NCBI GenBank assembly: GCA_013239625.1
Contig: MU053629.1
Coordinates: forward strand, 4,987,567 to 5,051,566
Origin: Lama guanicoe
Lineage: Eukaryota
Direction of reading: 5' to 3'
DNA: 64,000 nucleotides
In this document: piece after piece, positions 24,600 to 37,095 of the stretch
How positions within the stretch are numbered: position 1 is the first letter of the stretch
Layout of the letters: each line of letters begins with the position of its first letter
Program-made: the position numbers and the translations under genes
The notes under the pieces: generated by a model
What the model was told of the DNA's origin: nothing
Seen by the model: the letters and a program-made list of their open reading frames with translations, nothing else
Databases searched by the model: none

Positions 24600-24930
24600 G
24601 TTTTATATTCTTTATTTTGTGACTCTGCTTCCTTGAGCTTGGTCTGATCTTTTTTAGACATTATGTATATATAGTTCCCAGCAGTTCTTGAAATCCTTCC
24701 AGATTCAAATGTAGCCCAAAAGAGAAAAAATCTTTGTCCCTACATTCCCAAGATAAGTCCTGAGGTTCACGGTGATTGAGCTATTTTAAATGCCACGTCC
24801 AGCCAAGCAGCCCTGCAGGGGAATGCAGTGCACTTCTCAGCTTGGACTTTGGTCATATGCTCCATTCTGAGACTGGAAGTAAATCACAAGCAAAAATGCC
24901 TTTTAGGGGAATGGAAGTGGCTGAATACAA
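24600..24930. mobile_element. Probable MaLR (MLT1-like) LTR relic; other half likely near 20370-20470
   Basis: By-eye resemblance to old MLT1 LTRs (gattg...ggtcatatgctccattctga; aatccacccaaaactggc). Confidence 0.4.
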
Positions 24931-26569
24931 GAAATGTCTATTAGTTTATATACGACTGCTTTACAAAATGTGACCCTTGGATACTGGTTCCCTGGGATGT
25001 CAGTCGGTATTCTTTGACCATGTCGCATTACATTTGGAAACTTAAATTTAAATAAGCTTTGTTACTGCAGAATTTCTCAGGGTTTTAAATATGATAATAT
25101 GCTCTATGAATCTCTTTAAGTGGGAGATGTTTTATGCAACAACTTGCTAAAATTCTTTGAGCACGGAACCTTTTTCCCTTTAGAACAGCTTATGCTGTAT
25201 TCTCATGGCCCACACTATGAGAAATACTGTTAGGTTTGCTAAGAACTAGATAGAAAATTGAAGAAAAATCTCATGCCACAACAACAACAAGCATACAAGA
25301 GAATACTCATCAAATTTATAGAACTTACTTGAAGAAAAGAAAGCTTATGATCCCCCCAAAGACTTGAATATATAGAAAGAGACTGTCCTTTGAAAGATGT
25401 CTATTCTCAATAAATTTAGCATAGTTGTAATTAAAAATCCAATTTAATAGAAGGGGAGATAAGGGAAGAGAAAGAGAGCTTTATCAAATGATTTTAAAGT
25501 TTCTTTTGTGTTTGTAGGTTTTTTCCTTATTGCAAGGAGTGGTGATACCTCAGGCTATCTAAGAAAGGTTTATTGTAAGGCTATACAAAAATTAAAACCA
25601 GAATTACAAAATTATGATTATGTGCTTTCTCTGACTGGTAATGTGCATGCTCTGTGGCATCTCTTTTTCTTTCTAAGCATCTATTTTGTTTGGCTCTGGA
25701 GACCCTGTATGTTCCACACTCCAAATCCTAGGAGAAGCTAGTTTGAATTGATTTTAGTTAATATGTTGCTAATGCATGGATGGATTCCTTCAGGCATAGT
25801 CATTTTATGGGTTGCCCTGTGGATAGGCCAGCCCTGGGAGAATTAGGCTCCCTATTGCCAACAATGGCTGTTCAGTATAGAAAACAGCCTAGAGCTGCTT
25901 GCCTGGTAGAAGGTATGGGCTGGGAAGAGTCAACTAGGATGGGAAGTTGGATGTGGTAGGTAGCATGACTGAAATATCCAGTATAATCTAGAAGAAAAAA
26001 ATAAGAGAAATTCTGAAGATGAAGTGTATGCTATCCCACATATAAAACACAACTATCTATATATGTAGCAAAGACCTAGTAATTGAAACTGTGGAACTGA
26101 TGCCTGAATAAGCAATTAATGAAGTAGAAATATAATTTTAAAGTAACATAAAAGTGAAATTTCTAATTAGTGGCATGAATTGGATGCTGAATTGTTCAGG
26201 AGTACCTAATTAACCATTAAAAAGTAAGATTTCTACCTCCAGCTTGTCAGAATAATATCAAAATGGCTTAAAGATTTAAATGCTTAAAATGAAACTAAAG
26301 TGATATCAGAGGGAAATATAGGTTGCATTAAAATAAGTGCATAAATAGTGCATTAAACTGCATAAAAATATTTAAATAATGTTGAGGTTAGGAAGAAATT
26401 TTCCTTCAGGAGAGAAAGCATTGAAATTTCATTATGAGTACTCAAAATTTTTTAAATTACATTAAATGGCAAAAATAAATAAAAGGAAAATAATTATATG
26501 ACTATATTACATATCTTTAATATATGTAAAGCTGCTAGAAATGATTTGTGTATGGACAGGAGTGCTTAA

Positions 26570-27265
26570 TCCTACCCAGCCATCAGACAGTGCTACTCTG
26601 GTTCACACACTCTTCCCACTTTGCTGAATGACTATTTCATATCTTATTCTCACGACACATTATTCTCTCGCAAACAGCTATTCTTCCACTCTGACTCTTA
26701 GCTCATGACTTTGCTTGTTATTTCTTCTTTACCATGAAAATGGAACCAGTCAAAAGTTAACTTCTTAAAGTTCCCACAGCCATAAGTACCTCATACACAC
26801 CTATTTACCTCTCCGCCCATATGCTATATACATTTTCTTTTGATACTGTATAAGTTGTTTGGTCTCTGGGCCAAGGTCAATCCTTACACTTGTGCATTAG
26901 ATCTCATCCGCTTGCTTATTCAAAGACATTGCTTAGTAATTCTTCTTTCTCTCTTCTCTATCATCAGTTTTTTGCCTATTTACCAGGTCATTCCATAATA
27001 CACAATTTTATGCTAACTTTCCCATCTTGAAAAAACAAACTACTTTTCTCCTAATTTCCTTCCAGCTATACCCCCATTTTCTTTTATTTCACAAAAATCC
27101 TTACCAGGAATGTTTCAGTTCATTGTCTCTCATTTCTTTCCTCTCTTTCTCTCATGAACCCTTTCCAAATGGTTTTCACTTAATCCATGCCAAACAAGCT
27201 GCTATCATCTAGGTCATCAGTGAATGACCATTATGTCACTAAAAGCAATGGTCATTTCTCAGTTT
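26570..27265 (+). mobile_element. L2 fragment
   Basis: atgactttgcttgttatttc, ccttacacttgtgcattagatctcatcc, caatggtcatttctcagt motifs. Confidence 0.7.
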
Positions 27266-27379
27266 TGAAGCATCAAAAGAAAAAATTACAAGATGACTGA
27301 TACAAATAGTGATTTAAAAACGAAAGACAGTAAGACTATGAAGAGTAGTCAACTTACAGAGTAGGCAAAGCAATGCAAA

Positions 27380-27920
27380 TTTTAGACAGTAAGATGTTTT
27401 TAATCTAGTGCCCGATGTTGGCCAGGAACTTTAGAACTCTCGTGTACCACTTACTTATGCAAGTGAACATTGCTGGAAGCAATCTGGCAACTTGTACAAA
27501 AGCTTTAAAAATATGTATATCTTTTGACCCACTCATTCCTTTTCTAAGAGTTTGTCCTAAGGAAATAAAGATCATATAAATGAACACACACACCAGGGAG
27601 AGAGGATAAGATTCATCAAGGCATAGTTACTAGTAGGAAAAAGTTGAAAACAACCTAAATGCCCAACAATGGGAGATCGGTTAAATTATGGCATATCTAT
27701 GTAATAGAATACCTTGTAGCCACTTAAAATGGTGACAGAGAGAGGTTTATTGACACGGAGAGATTTTTTATTATACATTATAAAAAACTGAATTGTAGTT
27801 GATTTATAGTGCTGTGTTTCTGGTGTACAGTGTATTGATTCAATTTTATGTATATATTCTTTTTCGTGTTCTTTATCATTATAGGTTACTACAAGATACT
27901 AAATATAGTTCCCTTTATTA
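27380..27920. mobile_element. Old L1 (+, 27380-27770) followed by a short lineage-specific L1 3' end (-, ~27790-27915)
   Basis: ttttgacccactcattccttttctaag...aacaacctaaatgcccaacaatggga, then tttctggtgtacag...ataggttactacaagatactaaatatagttccct. Confidence 0.7.
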
Positions 27921-30129
27921 TACATTTTTAAGTGAGAAAAGAAAAGTATTTAGTGAGATTTTTATGGGAAACAATGTGTACATTATGTACACATAGTGTG
28001 TGTGTATAGGAGGAAGAATGTACACCAAAATGTTTTTTAGCTTCTATCATCAAGTAGCAAAATTTTAGTCTTTTTTTCTGTCTTGGGCTGGTTGTATTGC
28101 CAACAAGAGAAAAAGAAGAAAATGAATTTTTTTTTTCAAAAGAAAGAAAATGAATTTCCCAATTACAGTCTGCTTCCTTTTTCTATTTTTGCATTTAAAC
28201 ATCGATCATCAGACTGGGTTCATAGCTGGCTGGCTTGATTTGACCCAGTCCTGTTTCTTAACCCCTCTGACTTAAAATAGCCTGATAGCATGCCAGCTGT
28301 GAAAGGATAGGCCAGATAAAATATTTACCATACTTTTAGCTTTAAAGTTACCCGAGAGTGTATATAGATTCATTCAATTTAAATCTGTCAGGAGACCAGC
28401 TAACTCAGTAAACTATCTGAGAAATTATAAAGGCAAAATAAATAGGACAAGTAGAGTTAAATCCAGAGGAGAAAAATGATGAAAAGTGTGTGTAGCAAGC
28501 TTATTGAAAATGAATTTACTAGGAACCTGCAATTGGAATGTGATGCAATAAAATCAAAGGATTTTAACAGAGCTGGAGTCAAATGGTGTTCATTACATGT
28601 TACAGTGTTGTTTCCTACTTCTTAGTATTGGTAATTTTTATTCTGTATGAGTGGAAAAATTCACGTTGTACCCCAAAGAACTTTACCCAGGTTTTATTGT
28701 GAAGCATTTGCCACCATGAGAATTGTTAAGATCTAGCAATAGAACATCATAGCTGTGTATTTATTGTGTGTGTGATTTTACATTGGTTTCTACATAAGAT
28801 ATGTAAAACAAGTTATTATAAAAGCAATACATACTCAATATGGAAATTTTTTTAAGTTACAGAGAAATCAGTTTTTGCTGCCTCTTGATCTTTCAGTGCA
28901 TATATTCTATAAATAATTTTACTTATGCTGTACATTTCAAGTTTATGTCTTGCATTTTTCCCTTAATATTTTATGACTATGGTCTCACGTCATTATATAT
29001 TACTTGCTTTAAAAACTTCCCATATTAAAGATAGTTAAAGCATTGTGAATTTGTTGATGATTTGGTATATGTCTTTTATTGGAGGAAATAAATTTTCTAC
29101 AACTTTCTGTCTTAATGGTGGCTAGTAGCCTAATGATGAAGTTCTGTAATTCCAGCTAGGTTTTTAAAAACTACCTAGTTGCCCAGGTTTTTGTTTGTTT
29201 GAATAAACCAGAATGTTCATTAAAGATGTTAAGGCTGACATTTGTAGATAGGTATTTGAGTTTCACTTTCCCCAAGACCAGCAAGAAATATTCTATAACA
29301 GAAAGATGACTATTTTTAGCTTTCCTTTCTGCTGGTGAGGTGGAATAGCGAATATTTTTAGAGCAGTTGAAAGTACAACCACTTAGATTAGCTCAGTGTT
29401 TCTATCATCAGAATCTCAATAGCCTTGTTTATTTTATGTATCTGGGTTTTACCTTCCAATGTTTTGAGTTTATGTAAATTGCAACGTGATTCCTTTCTCT
29501 TTTTAGTCCAGTTCATCTCTATGGAACAATATGTTAAAAAAAATGAAATTTCTAAAACCTTAACTTTCTCTCTGCACATTTTGTATACTTTAAATTATAA
29601 TTATATCCTGATTATTGTGGGCGATGCTTTTCTTTCTTACAGATGAAACATTAGTGATTAATACTTATGGGGTCAGGTCATTGAAAATCTTGTACAACAA
29701 GCCCTTAATATTCACGAGAGATACCCTCCACGGCCTTTGTAGGTATCCTTGATTATGAACTCCACTAGAACGTTTCATCCTTTCTCTAAAGTGGAGCATA
29801 GAAAAAATGAAAATCTAATGACTCTAAACGAGGGTAAATGTTTTTACCCTCAACGAGAGCTACTGACAAGTATACAACAATTTCGGCCACATTGAGATGC
29901 TGAGTTATTACCCAAAGGATACTCATTCTACACCCCCAAAATAGATAATATTCAACTCCTATCTTAGCAAAACTTCTAATTACTGTACATTATAGAACTT
30001 CGGAGACCTTCAGGATTGGTTATGATGTTTCAAAACAGAATGGTAATTAATTCACAAATCTGAGATACGTGGTTTCCTATAGCAGATATGAAAACGGAGT
30101 TCTCATATTTAAGTGTTTAAATCAGTAAC

Positions 30130-30420
30130 CATTCATACCTGAAACTGTTGCAGTCTGGCTTTTGCTCCACATTCCACTGAAACAGGTTCAGCCAAGATCA
30201 CCCGTGACTTGCTAGTTATGAAATTCACTTCTCAATTCTTATCCTAACTGACCTCTGAGCATTTAACACTGTCACTTTGAAATTCTCTTTTCCCTTGGTG
30301 TCGAGGACATCATTTCCTCATGTTTTTCTTTCTGAATATCTGGCTATTTCTTCCTTGACTTGAGCCTAAAATGTGGTACAAGTTCCCCAAGGTTCTGTTC
30401 TTAATCCTCCTTTTCCTTCT
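30130..30420 (+). mobile_element. L2 fragment
   Basis: cagtctggctttt...ttccactgaaaca...ctgacctctgagcatttaacact...ttccccaaggttctgttctt. Confidence 0.7.
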
Positions 30421-30459
30421 GCCTCCCCCGCCCACCTGTGTATGTGTGTCATTTTGCTT

Positions 30460-32600
30460 TAATTACTATTTTTTAAACAACTTTATTATATATATCCTTG
30501 ACATACTATGAACTGCACATATTTGAAATGTTCAGTTTAATACATTTTGACTATGTGAAATCACCACCACAGTAAAAATGGTGAACATATCCATAACTCC
30601 CCAATGTTTCCTCGTCCCTTTAATAATCCCTACCTGCTGTCCCTTCCATTCCCACCCAGCCCCTGGATTAGATGTGTTTTCTGTCACTATAGATCAGTTT
30701 GCATTTCCTTAAATTTTATATAATGGAATCATGGAGCATATACTCTCTATTAACTTTTTTGAAGGAGGTGAGGTCTGATCTTCTTTTACTCAAGATTATA
30801 AGATCTGTTGTAAGATTTTGTGTGTATCAGTAGTTTATTCCTTTTGATTGCTGAGTGGTGTTTAATTTTATGGATATAACATTCTTTATTCATTTGCTCA
30901 TTGATAGGCATTTGGGTTGTTTCTGGGTTTTGGCTTGTCAGAACAAAGCTGCTTTGAAAATTGGGTCTCAAATCTTTGTTATATACTTGTATTCTTCTTG
31001 GATAAATTACTTAGGAATGGAATAATAGAGTCAAATGATAGATACAAGTTTAACTTTGTAAGCAACTGCCAAAGTTTTTTAAAGCGTTGGGTCATTTTAC
31101 ATTCTCACCTGCAGTGTATGAATTTTCCAGTTGCTCTACATCCTTGTCAATGCTTGATATTGTCATTTTAAAGATTTTAGACATTCTAATAGGTGTGTAT
31201 CTTATTGTGGTTTTAATTTACATTTCCCACAGAGTAAGGATACTGAATATCTTTTAATATACTTTTTTGTCATCCATATATTTATCTTCTTTGGTGAGAT
31301 GTCTATTCATATCTTTTGCCCATTTTAAATTTTGTTATATTGTTTACTTTCTTTTTAGTGACTTCTAAGAGTTCTTTGTGTATTCTGGCTACAAATCTTT
31401 TAATGGATATGTGATTTGTAAATATTTTCTCCCGGTCTGGCTTCTCTTTTCATTTTATTTTTAACAGTGTCTTTCAAAGAACATAACTTCTTAATTTTGA
31501 TGAAGTCCAATTCATCAATTAAAAAAAAAGAGTATGTTTTGGGGTTGTATCTAAAGGAATCTTTACCTAACCCAAAGTCACAAAGATTTTCTTTTATGTG
31601 TTCTAGGTGTTTTGTAGTTACAGGTTTTACATTTAGGTCTCAGACCTATTTTATTAATCTTTTTATTGTAGTAAAATATATATACTATGAATGACATTTT
31701 TAAGTGTATAATTCAGTGTATTAATTACATTCACACTGTTGTGCAATGATTACCACTATTTCTGAATTTACATCACCCCAAACACTGACTTTGTACCCAT
31801 CAAACATTAACTTCCCATTCCTCCTTCCCTCAGCCGCTACGAACCCCTAATCTATTTTGTGTCTGTATGAATTTGCCTATTCTAGATGTATAAGTGGAAT
31901 GATACAGTATTTGCCCTTTTGTGTCTGTCTTATTGCACTTAACATAGTGTTTTCAAGGTTTATCCATATTGTATCAGAACTTCATTCTTTTTTATGGTTG
32001 AATAATATATTCCATTGTATGAACAGACCACATTTTGTTTATCCATTTATCTGTTGGTAGGCATGTGGATTTCTTCTATCTTCTGGCTATTGTGAATAAA
32101 GATGTTATGAACATTGTAGTTCAGGCATCTGTTGGAGTCCCTGCTTTCAATTCTTTGTAGTAGTATATACCTACGAGTGGAATTGCTGAGTCTTAGTGAT
32201 AATTCCATGTTTAACTTTTTTGGGAATTGCCAAATTGTTTTCCACAGCATCTACACCATTTTAATATTCTCATCATCAGTGTATGAGGGGTTCCAGTTTC
32301 TCCATGTCCTCACCAACTCTTGTTTTCTGTTTTGTTTTGTTTGTAATTATAGTCATCCTAGAAATTTTGAAGTGTTTCTGGTTTTGTGTGGTATGTGGTT
32401 TTGATGTGCATTTTTTAATGACTAATGATATTAAGCATCTTTTCATGTGCTTATTGGCCCTTTGTATATATTTTTACCGACATATATATGAAAGACTGAT
32501 CTTTGACTTAGGTGTAAAAGACAATTTAGTTGAAAAAGAAGTCTTTTCAATGAATAGTGCTGGAACAACTGGATACCCATATGCAGTGGGGTAAAATTTT
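30460..32600 (-). mobile_element. Stacked L1M fragments (3' ends near 30470 and 31655; short + piece 32480-32600)
   Basis: Antisense L1 3' UTR and ORF2 C-terminal motifs (MLWKTIWQFPKKLNMEL). Confidence 0.8.
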
Positions 32601-32869
32601 CATATACCCCATAGATAGTATACAATGCAGTAATTAAATATGTTAATAGGGATTGTGATTGGAAATATGTTAAGGGCAATTTTTAAAAAGCAATCTTTCA
32701 AATTATATGTATAATTTGATTGGAAAGAAATGTAAAAATGATAAGCAGTTATGATGAAGGTATCGTGGATAATTCTTTTCCGGTTTTCTAAGATCCAGTA
32801 TAATGCTAGGCTGTATTAATAAAAATAAACCATGTGGATCAGGGGAGCTGATTAGACCTATGTGACGAG

Positions 32870-33030
32870 AAGAGCATGGGCTTTGGAAATGTGTAGAGCC
32901 GAGCTCCGTATCTGGTTCTGCGTACCTTCTGTGAGGCCTTGACAATTACATAACTACTTTGAACCTCAATTTCTAAATCTGAAAAAAGAGCAGATACTTT
33001 TTCTTCATGATTTTTGTGTGGATTAACAAT
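32870..33030 (+). mobile_element. MIR relic
   Basis: agagcatgggctttgga...ctgtgaggccttgacaattacataac...gaacctcaatttc...gtgtggattaa. Confidence 0.7.
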
Positions 33031-33379
33031 AGTAGTTGTTGATAAAAAAATACTATGCTAATCATATCACATATGGAATAATACATCAGTCAGCTTACAG
33101 GCAATCAGAAATTTCAGTGTCAGACAACTAAGATTTATTTCTCACTTACATTATTTATTAACTGCAGGTTGGCTGTGCCTCTGCTGTATGTTTTATTCAC
33201 TCTAGAATCAAGGCAGACTGGAGAGAAAGATGCTAAGGCCCAAGGATAGTTCTTAAAGGTCTGCTCAGAAGTGGTACACTTCCACTCATACTTCATTGAT
33301 CAGGGCTACTATCAGTGGCACAGGGATGGGCCACTACAGAGAGGCAGCAGGTATTTTGGAGAAATGATATATGTTATGA

Positions 33380-33640
33380 CAGTGTGTGCAGTTCTGGCTG
33401 TCACTTTAAGAGTGTGATAGCCTGAGATATATCCAAAGGAGAAGGATCAGGATGGGGGAGTCATTCTGAAATCTTGCCTGGAATACAGTGGGAAGAGTTC
33501 ATGGAGAGAAGGGGGCACATTAATGTTGTCTGAAATATTTGTAAATATTTGTAGAATGGCTGTGATTGGATATGCTGTATGACATCTATGGATAGGAGTT
33601 ACAGGATTATATTTTTTGATTCAGTGTAAGAACATGAGGA
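33380..33640 (+). mobile_element. Probable CR1/L3 relic
   Basis: gcagttctgg...cactttaag...tccaaaggagaaggatcaggatgg...ggagagaag...aaatatttg resembles the CR1/L3 3' region. Confidence 0.45.
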
Positions 33641-33669
33641 GGGGAGACATTAAAGGAAGTTGGCGCTTG

Positions 33670-33860
33670 TTTTAAATACCTTACTTCATTTATATTTCAA
33701 ATAACCCAGTGAGGGTGTGTGTGTGTGTGTGTGTATTTATGTTTAAATTTTACAGAAAACAGACTGAGAATGGATAAGTACCTAAGGTCACATGGCAAGT
33801 AAATGGTAAGACCAGTTTGGAATCGAGGTCTCTGTGATCTCATCTCTTTCCACTAAACTT
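33670..33860 (-). mobile_element. MIR relic containing a short (GT)n at ~33715-33734
   Basis: ttttacagaaaacagactgaga...aagtacctaaggtcacatggcaagtaaatggtaagacc. Confidence 0.7.
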
Positions 33861-35308
33861 TGCTACTCTGTTGGGCTGCAAGCTTTCTTACAGTTACACT
33901 GTTCATCGCCAGTCATCTCCTGTCTGACAAGGTAATGGCCCCTCTTCCTCCGTGGCTAAAAGGGCACAAACTATAAATGAAAAAACTGAAAGGAAAGTTG
34001 AACTCTGTCTAGAACAATGGTCTGCAAACTTTGATCATTTGTACCTCTCAGCAAAAAAATTTAGTATATACCATATATGTGTTATACATTAAACTATTAT
34101 ACTAATATTGTGTATGTTATAAAACACACCAAAAATGGAAGTTTTTCAGATTGACATAAAGCTTTAGATGTTTTTGTAAATTAGATTTTATGTAAAAGCT
34201 GGACTTTTTACACTTCCGTTTTGTAAGTAGATAGGTATTTGTTCCTTTATCCCTGTGGATTGTCTTGTGTATCCATCTGAATGCATTTCCCCAACCCTGG
34301 AGGTCGTTATTTTGGATGATTTGTAAGACTCCTTTTTCAATATGAAGATTCCTTGAATCTGTTTGGTGTCATTTTTCTGAAAGGGATAATGATAGTTTAA
34401 TTCACTTTTAAAAAAATTTTAAATAGTCTGTTATCTAAGACCAAAAGTATAAATTCACTGGCATTCATAGCAAAATTAAACCTGAAAATCATAGTATGAA
34501 AGACACTTTTCCAGTTAAACAGTAATAACCCCATGAGCATTCCAGTCAACTGTCTGTAAAAGAGATGTAAATAGGCATTAGTATTAAGTAATAAACCTGA
34601 ATTTTGCTTGTGGCTCAAGAAACAGTCTCGTCATTTTAGTCATAACTTCTCTATTTAAATCTGCATATGTGTGTCCAAAACTTACTGTACTCATATATTC
34701 TAAAATGAATCTGAAATTTTGCCTAGAGAATGATGGGTTTTAGTACTTCAGAAATTTTTTTAGCACTTTTCTAGAATGAAGCCAATAATCTAAATCGGGC
34801 TAAGCCTACTGGACTGAAATCTTCATAGAGATATATCCTCTAAGACTCAAAGTAGTTACCTTCATTGTTTAACAGAGGAAACTGTTTACTTTTCTACATT
34901 CTGATTGTTGATTATCAGCCTCTTTGCAGGTTGATATTTCACAATTAAGGTAACTTTCTAGTTAGTAACTATTTCTTGGAGATAGAGTCTTTAAGAAAAA
35001 AGTCTTCCCAGATCACAGAATGCAGAAATGCAAATTTAGACTTTAAAAGATACTCCTGTATTGACATGAAATTGTAGATCAACAGTGCCTTTTTGCATTT
35101 GTACAGATTTTTTAGCATGACATACTATGGTTTGGTGGTAGTCTTGGAGGAAGTATTGCTTGAAAGTAAGAGATGGCCAAGTTTAGCTACTTTTTCTGCA
35201 CAGGTTTAAGTGGCTCACATGCTGGGAATTCCTTGGTAGTAACTTTTAGTGATCCATTTGTTCTAGAAAATTACCCTGGAAAAATATAGTTTAAATAATT
35301 TAATTTGG

Positions 35309-35967
35309 CTTTTTTTTTAATTGAAACAATTGATTTACAATGTTGTGTTAGTTTCAGAGGTATAGCATAGTGATTGTTACACATATGAATACTTTTTCAT
35401 ATTTTTTCAATATAGGTTATTACAAGCTATTGGATATAGTTCCCTGTGTTATACAGTAGGACCTTGTTGTTTATCTATTTTGTATATAATAGTTTGTATC
35501 TGCTAATCTCAGACTCCTATTGTATCCCTTCACTCTCCTTTCGCCTTCGGTAACCATAAGTTTCTTTTCTATGTCTGTGAGTCTCTTTCTGTTTTATAAA
35601 TAAGATCATTTGTGTCATATGATATTTATCTTTTTCTGTCTGACTTACATCACTTAGTATGATAATCTCTAGGTCCATCCATGTTGTTGCAAATGGCATT
35701 ATTTCATTCTTTTTTATGGCTGAGTAGTATTCCATTGTAGGTATATACCATAACTTCTTTATCCAGTCATCTATTGATGGACATTTAGGTTGCTTCCATG
35801 TCTTGGCTATTGTAAATAGTGCTGCTGTGAACATTGGGGTGCATGTATCTTTTCAAATTAGAGTTTTCTTCAGATGTATGTCCAGGAATGGGATTGCTGG
35901 ATCATATATGGTAGTTCTATTTTTAGTTTTTTAAGGAATTGCCATACTGTTTTCCATAGTGTCTGCC
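35309..35967 (-). mobile_element. Relatively young 5'-truncated L1 (ORF2 C-terminus + 3' UTR)
   Basis: ORF 35517..35834 MFTAALFTIAKTWKQPKCPSIDDWIKKLWYIPTMEYYSAIKKNEIMPFATTWMDLE. Poly-T at 35310, flanking taatttgg at 35301 and 35968. Confidence 0.92.
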
Positions 35968-36699
35968 TAATTTGGTATTTCTTAGTTTTCAGTCTTTTGT
36001 TCATTTAACAGACATTCAGTGCCACTTTGTGCCAAGCACTGAGAAAACATTAGTGAAAAAGAGGGATATTGACCACTGATTTTTTTTTAAATATATATAA
36101 AACATGTATTAAAAGCCAGTAGGACTGTTGCTCACAGCAGCAGCCTGCAGGGATCCCTGGTCCACACTGACCTATGCTTGCTTGTCTGCTCTCCTGCTCT
36201 TTTCTCTCTCCCCACCTCCACTTCCTTCCCTCCCTCCTTTCTTCTTGTTTTTCCTCTTTTGAGATCGTGACCATAGGCAAATTTTGAAGTCAAGTCATCT
36301 AAGCATAGGAGAAATTATATATATTTATTGTATAAAACTTGCATGATGTAGTTAGACGGGAGATGGTAAAACTCTTAATTTGCCTTAAAGACCAGATGTC
36401 ATCTCGCCTGTGGAGATCTCAAGGTGTATATGTTTGTTGCTTAGCTGAGAAACCATGTATCTTTAAATGGGTTTGTATTATTCTGTTTTTAAACAAGTGT
36501 GCATTTTAGATGAAAATGTTTATAAGATTATATATTTGGCACATTTCTTATTTTTCAGTGCCTTAATTGACTTATCTAAACTCTAGTATCCATCCTAGTT
36601 AATTTAAAGTCATGTGAGTGGGTGCATTGTTTTATTTGCATTGTATTCTCTGTTGATGAATTTGAAGATAATTAAAAGTATAATCCTTTTCTTCTTTAG

Positions 36700-36784
36700 C
36701 ATCAGACAACAGTCAGCGCTTTCGAGAAACCTGCTTTGCGTTTGCATTGACGCCACAGCAAGTGCAGCAGATCAGTAGTTCCAT
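36700..36784 (+). CDS. PIAS1: PIAS1 internal coding exon (85 nt, ~exon 3): (A)SDNSQRFRETCFAFALTPQQVQQISSS(M)
   Basis: Acceptor ccttttcttctttag|C and donor CAT|gtaagt. Translation recognised as PIAS1 PINIT-domain sequence, and phases join the next exon. Confidence 0.97.
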
Positions 36785-37047
36785 GTAAGTTGTCTTCAAG
36801 TAGAACTTGCAGTTTGACTTTGGAATCCAGTACTGTCCATGATAAGTGACTTTTTAGAACAGTGTATTGGGTGAGTATTAGTGTCATGCAAATATTAGTA
36901 TTGAAAATACATTACAGTGTTAGTTACCCTGAGAACAATTAGTATCTCTGATTAATTTTCAATGCTTTCTAGAGTAGTAGTGTCTTTGAATCAGCTTTCA
37001 TGTGCATGTCTTTAAAATAATTATAGTTCTTCCTCTGTCTTTTCTAG

Positions 37048-37095
37048 GGATATTTCTGGGACCAAATGTGACTTCACAGTGCAGGTCCAGTTAAG
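37048..37095 (+). CDS. PIAS1: PIAS1 internal coding exon (48 nt, ~exon 4): DISGTKCDFTVQVQL(R)
   Basis: Acceptor tctgtcttttctag|G and donor AAG|gtacag. Split codons AT|G and AG|G keep the frame. Confidence 0.97.

Noticed and set aside
29643..29750. 100-nt block with strong acceptor (ttttctttcttacag), open in PIAS1 phase, ending at U12-like donor GTATCCTT (29743)
   Set aside because: No U12 branch point (TCCTTAAC-like) before the next exon at 36700 and the block would frameshift. Not supportable as a minor-spliceosome exon from sequence alone.
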